From an uncultured delta proteobacterium (lineage in GTDB: Bacteria; Desulfobacterota; Desulfobacteria; Desulfobacterales; Desulfosalsimonadaceae), in assembly GCA_963826785.1 (NCBI GenBank), contig CAWGYD010000006.1, positions 96,001-160,000 on the forward strand: a stretch of DNA of 64,000 nt. Reading direction: 5' to 3'. The notes under the pieces are model-generated. The model had not been told where the DNA came from. It did no database searches and saw only the letters and a program-made list of their open reading frames with translations. Shown here piece after piece: positions 59,556 to 64,000 of the stretch; the stretch's first letter is position 1, and every line of letters starts with the position of its first letter. Both the position numbers and the translations under genes were made by a program.

Positions 59556-61511
59556 AACGCTTCCGATGGCTTATTCTGACATTCTGTGTGTTGCTGTCCA
59601 TCCCCTTGGGGTATTTCATCTTCCGGACCCACCAGGCCCTGGCCCAGGAGGAGCACGCCGAGCTGCGCTATTTCGCCGACACCCTGTTTCTGGAACTGGA
59701 AAATGAATTGGGCGGATTCATCGCCCGGGAGGAGGCACGGGAGATCGACGCCTACACCCGGGCCTCGGACCTGTCCAGGCTCCCGCGGGAAAGCTATATC
59801 CTCGGGTATTTTCAGAACAACCCGGACGGCAGCTTCCAGACGCCGCTGGCGGTCGATGGCGGCGCCATGACGCCGGCGGATAAAGGGTCCATGGATAAAC
59901 GCGTGGCGGATCTTGAGGGCATCAACCAGATCTTCAATACCCGGCGCACGGATGTATCGGCCCGCACCGATGTGCGGCCTCCGGAAAAGATTGCCGCCCC
60001 AAAGGAGGAATCCCTCCATTTGCCGAAAAATACCTGGACCTGTCCCGGTCCAAGAAGCAGAAATCCGTGCTGGGCCAGGAATCCAGGCGGGTGGAGGAGA
60101 TCACCCCCGGCAGGCCTTGAACCTGGCCAGCAGGGACCGGCAGGCTTTTGAAGAGGACCGCCAGCAAAGCCCGGCCCCGGCCGCCCGGCAGGCCGGGGAG
60201 ACTTTTCGGGAAGAAGAAGCGGAACGCGCTGAGGATAAAACCATGAGCTGGGACGAAGCCCTTTCCGGGTCCCTCTCTGGCGCACCGGCGGGCAGCGCCG
60301 CGCTATCGCCCGGCAGCATGGCGCAAACGCATGGTTTTGCGGATGCCGCCACCTTCCGTGCGGAGATCGACCCCCTCCAGTCGGTGTTTGTCTCCGGCGA
60401 CCAGGTGGTGCTGTTTCGCCGCATCGTCATCGACAATCAAATTTACCGCCAGGGGGTGGTGATCCGGTTAAACGCCTTTGCTTCCCATCTGGCCGAGACC
60501 CATTTCAACGGCCAGCCCATGGCCCGGTTCACCCGGCTTATGCTCTCGGTCCGGGACCAGGGAAGCGACCGGCCGCTGATTCAGGCCGGCGCCGCCGCAA
60601 ATCATCCGCAGTTCAGCCTGGCCCGCACCTTTCCCCGGCCGTTTGCCTTCCTCACCGCGCAGATCGACTGCGACCGCATCCCCCGCTCCAGCGGACGGCA
60701 GACCTTGAACATCATGCTCATGGGCATGGGGCTGGTCATGCTGGTGGGGCTCTTTGCCATCTACCGGAGCGCCGGCGCCATCGCGGATCTCTCCGAGCGG
60801 CGGTCCCGGTTCGTCTCCTCGGTCACCCACGAACTCAAAACCCCGCTCACCAACATCCGCATGTACATCGAGATGCTGGAGCAGAAGATCGCCCCCAACC
60901 CGGAGCGGGAGCAGGAGTATTTCAGGATCCTGGGGGCGGAGAGCACCCGGCTTTCCCGCCTGATCGGCAATGTGCTGGAATTTTCCCGTCTGGAAAAGAA
61001 GAACCGGCAGCTGAACCTGATTGAGGGGACTTTCGACGAGGTGATCAGCGAGGTGGAATCGATCATGGGGGAGAAGCTGCGGCAGGAAGGGTTTTCATTT
61101 CATGCGGAAAACCGCACCACCCAGCCCTTCTGCTATGACCGGGAGGCCATGGTCCAGGTGCTGGTCAACCTGGTGGAAAACAGCATCAAATTCGGAAAAA
61201 CCCAGCCGGTCAAAAAGATCACCCTGAAAGTTCTGCCGGCCGGAAAACGGGTTCAGATCCGGCTGTCCGACACCGGCCCGGGAATTCCCCGCCGGGCCCT
61301 GAAAAAAATATTTGACGATTTTGTCCGGGTGGATGCCGGGGCCGCCAAAACCGCCGCCGGCACCGGCATCGGCCTGGCCCTGGTGCGCCGGTTCATCCGG
61401 GCCATGGGCGGAACAGTCTGGGCGGAAAACAACCCCGGCCCCGGCTGCACCATCGTTATCACCCTGCCGGCCCATTTTGTCAAATATACGGGGTTTTTCG
61501 CCCGCGTTTAA
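59552..61511 (+). pseudogene. Membrane sensor histidine kinase broken by two apparent single-base deletions (pseudogene or assembly error)
   Basis: TM1 and periplasmic start are in one frame; FAEKYLDLSRSKKQKSVLGQESRRVEEITP is in a second frame (60019-~60108); TM2, THELKTPL, N box, DTGPGI and GTGIGL are in the third frame. Confidence 0.8.
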
Positions 61512-61656
61512 TCGTGTTTTAGGACTTCGGTGCATCGTGGGGCCGGGGCATCGGGTTTCCCCTTTTCGGCAATGATCGGTTTCTGTTTCCATTTTACCGG
61601 GATATTATGTAAGATCCTTCAGGTGTATCTGCGCATGATGAATAACGCGGTGATTT

Positions 61657-64000
61657 ATGAAATCCATTCGAGACTTCCGGCTGGAAAAAGAGATCAACAG
61701 ACGCTTTTGCTCCACTTTTTACCTGGCGCACCAGAATGTCTCAGAAAAAGCCGTTTATATCGAAGTTGTCGATGTTTCCGGTATATCTGCGCTGGAGAAA
61801 GCGCGAATCAAACAGGCCTATGAGCGGATCAAAGCGCTTGATCATCCCCATGTCGTTTCCATCTACGACATATTTGAGCATCAGACTTTCCTCGCCATTG
61901 TAACCGAACCTTTCGCAGGCTCCCCCCTCTATGCCGGCCTTGCGCCGGGCGAAATCGACATGGATGAGTTTCTCCGGGTTGCCGTGGTCCTGAGCCGGAC
62001 CCTGGGCGACATCCATGGCCGGGGAATCACCCATCAGTCCATTACCCCGAATGCCGTTTTATACGATGAATCCAAGGATTTGATCAAAATCACCGGATTC
62101 GGTGTTTCAGGCCTGATCAATCGGATCCATGAGGATATATATGATCAGGCCGTCATCAAAACCGTCCTTCCGTACATGGCGCCGGAACAGACCGGCCGGA
62201 TGAACCGCTCGGTGGACTACCGGGCGGATCTTTATTCCCTGGGAATCCTCTGTTATGAGCTGCTCACCGGGGTCGTCCCCTTCGCATCCGAGGACCCGGT
62301 TGAAATCATTCACGCCCAGATCGCCATCATGCCCCCGCCGCCGGTGGAAAAAAACCCGGCTGTTGCCGAAACCCTCTCGGATATTGTCATGAAGCTGATA
62401 TCAAAGACGGTTGAGGACCGGTATCAGAGCAGCTACGGCGTGATGCACGATTTTATGGAATGCGCGCGGCAAATCACCGAGAACGGCAGCATCGGGCGCT
62501 TCGTCATTGGATCACGGGATATCGCACCGGGTCTGCATCTGCCGGAAAAGCTGTTTGGCCGGGAAGTGGAAATGCGGATGCTCATCGATGCATTCGACCG
62601 TGCGGCAAGGGGCGGCAATGAAGTATTTCTGGTGGCGGGCCCGCCCGGCATCGGAAAATCGACGTTGATCAATGAAATACAGAAATCAGTCGTGGCCCGG
62701 CGGGCGAATTTTATCTCCGGGAAAGCGGAACGCGATAAGCAGGATATCCCCTATTATCCCATTATCCAGGCGCTCGAAAACCTGGCCCAGAAAATCCTCT
62801 GCGAACCCGATGCGCACATCCAAGCCTGGAAAACGGCCATTCTCCAGGCCGTCGGGGCCGGCAGCCGGATGATTACTGACCTGGTTCCCGCGTTTTCCCA
62901 CATCATCGGCCCGCAGCCGAACCTTGCGCCCACCGGGACGGACCTTACCCATCACCGTGTCAGCTATATCTTTAAGGAATTTGTCAACGTCTGCGCCACC
63001 CGGCAGCATCCCCTGATCATTTTTGTCGATGATCTGCAATGGGCGGATGCCGCAAGCCTCGGCTTCATCCGGATGCTTTCTGTTGAGCCGGAAATTCAAT
63101 GTCTTCTCATCATCGGCGCATATCGGGACAATGGCCTCGATCTTTTGCATCCGCTGATCCACTGGATGAACGAAATGCATCAACAGGGGGCGGTGGTCAA
63201 TACCGTTGTGCTTCCGCCGCTGCCGGTGCCAAATGTCCACCAGATGGTGACCGGCCTGTTGAAGCGAGAAGACCCGTCATCTTTCGGGTTTGCCGAAATG
63301 ATTTGCCGGAAAACCGGCGGCAATCCCTTTTTCATCCGGCAGTTTATCAAGATGCTCTATGAAAAGAACGTTTTGATGCTGAATCCGGAATCCGGATGGA
63401 TGTGGGATCCCGGAAAGGTCGCCGATATCCGGGTCACCGACAACGTGGTCGATTTCATCGCGGCGAAAGTCGCTTCCCTGCCGGATGCCATCCGGGAAAC
63501 ATTGAAAATCTGCGCCTGTTGCGGCAATCGCTTCAATCTGGAAGCGGTCACCGCCATCGCAAGCCGCACACTGGAAGCGGCGGTTGCGGAGATCACCATT
63601 GCGGCCGACAGGGGAATGGTCTTTTTTGAGGCAGGCACCGGTGTGTTTACCCATGACCGGATCAGGGAAGGGATTTACCAGTTGATTTCCCCGGACGAAA
63701 AGATCCGGATGCATCATCGCATCGGCCGGTATATGCTTGAAAATACCCCCCCGGCCCAACTGGATGAAGCCATTGAGGACATCGTCAATCACTTCAACAT
63801 GGCACGTGATTCAATCACGTCCGTTTCCGAACAATGCCGTGCAGCGGACCTGAACCGACGGGCCGGTGAAAAGGCCATTGCCTCGGGGGCGTTTGAATCC
63901 GCCTATCAGTATTTTAAAGCCGGCCTCGGGTTTATTGAAAAAGACCACCAATCGAACGGAGATGCCGGATCCGGCTGGCAGACCGACTACGACCTGATGC
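61657..64000 (+). CDS. Ser/Thr (pseudo)kinase - AAA/STAND ATPase multidomain sensor (partial, runs off right edge; absent from ORF track)
   Basis: ATG at 61657 (MKSIRDFRLEKEIN..); LPYMAPEQTGRMNRSVDYRADLYSLG, LFGRE, GPPGIGKS, FVDDLQWAD, KTGGNPFF, FTHDRI. Confidence 0.9.
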   Translation, partial: MKSIRDFRLEKEINRRFCSTFYLAHQNVSEKAVYIEVVDVSGISALEKARIKQAYERIKALDHPHVVSIYDIFEHQTFLAIVTEPFAGSPLYAGLAPGEIDMDEFLRVAVVLSRTLGDIHGRGITHQSITPNAVLYDESKDLIKITGFGVSGLINRIHEDIYDQAVIKTVLPYMAPEQTGRMNRSVDYRADLYSLGILCYELLTGVVPFASEDPVEIIHAQIAIMPPPPVEKNPAVAETLSDIVMKLISKTVEDRYQSSYGVMHDFMECARQITENGSIGRFVIGSRDIAPGLHLPEKLFGREVEMRMLIDAFDRAARGGNEVFLVAGPPGIGKSTLINEIQKSVVARRANFISGKAERDKQDIPYYPIIQALENLAQKILCEPDAHIQAWKTAILQAVGAGSRMITDLVPAFSHIIGPQPNLAPTGTDLTHHRVSYIFKEFVNVCATRQHPLIIFVDDLQWADAASLGFIRMLSVEPEIQCLLIIGAYRDNGLDLLHPLIHWMNEMHQQGAVVNTVVLPPLPVPNVHQMVTGLLKREDPSSFGFAEMICRKTGGNPFFIRQFIKMLYEKNVLMLNPESGWMWDPGKVADIRVTDNVVDFIAAKVASLPDAIRETLKICACCGNRFNLEAVTAIASRTLEAAVAEITIAADRGMVFFEAGTGVFTHDRIREGIYQLISPDEKIRMHHRIGRYMLENTPPAQLDEAIEDIVNHFNMARDSITSVSEQCRAADLNRRAGEKAIASGAFESAYQYFKAGLGFIEKDHQSNGDAGSGWQTDYDLM

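Noticed and set aside
61530..61823. 97-aa ORF as the start of the kinase gene (implying a frameshift)
   Set aside because: The kinase frame has its own ATG at 61657 and is continuous, so no frameshift is needed.

Overview
A gene-dense chromosomal window from an anaerobic Gram-negative bacterium. Gene content (Hdr/Mvh-like proteins, 4-subunit 2-oxoacid:ferredoxin oxidoreductase, CCG proteins, acyl-CoA ligases, DUF3373 porin) suggests a Desulfobacterota/Desulfobacterales-like organism, which is an inference. I found no rRNA, tRNA, CRISPR array, transposase or prophage. Left to right: (1) a minus-strand korDABC - HdrA/GltD fusion - MvhD/HdrD fusion - hdrA cluster, where hdrA reads through an in-frame UGA followed by a SECIS-like hairpin (selenoprotein, cut short by the ORF track); (2) accessory genes (TspO, DUF1259, truncated DUF72, acyl-CoA ligase, RlmL-type methylase, odd acyltransferase, LemA-HtpX, nitroreductase, OmpA); (3) a 2-hydroxyacyl-CoA dehydratase pair divergent from a CCG protein and CoA ligase; (4) a TolC-MFP-RND efflux system whose adaptor carries a segment resembling the DNA gyrase A C-gate helical domain; (5) a 1384-aa degenerate-GGDEF/AAA/duplicated-domain/HEAT protein; (6) OYE, a DoxX remnant, a CX3CH cytochrome-DUF3373 porin pair and csp; (7) hydrolase/hydratase and flavoprotein clusters; (8) a vWA-PspA-membrane protein operon facing an OmpR-type two-component system whose kinase has two frameshifts; (9) a pseudokinase-AAA ATPase running off the right edge. 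A REP-like C/G-rich palindrome recurs at three intergenic sites. All family calls come from motif recognition by eye, not database searches.
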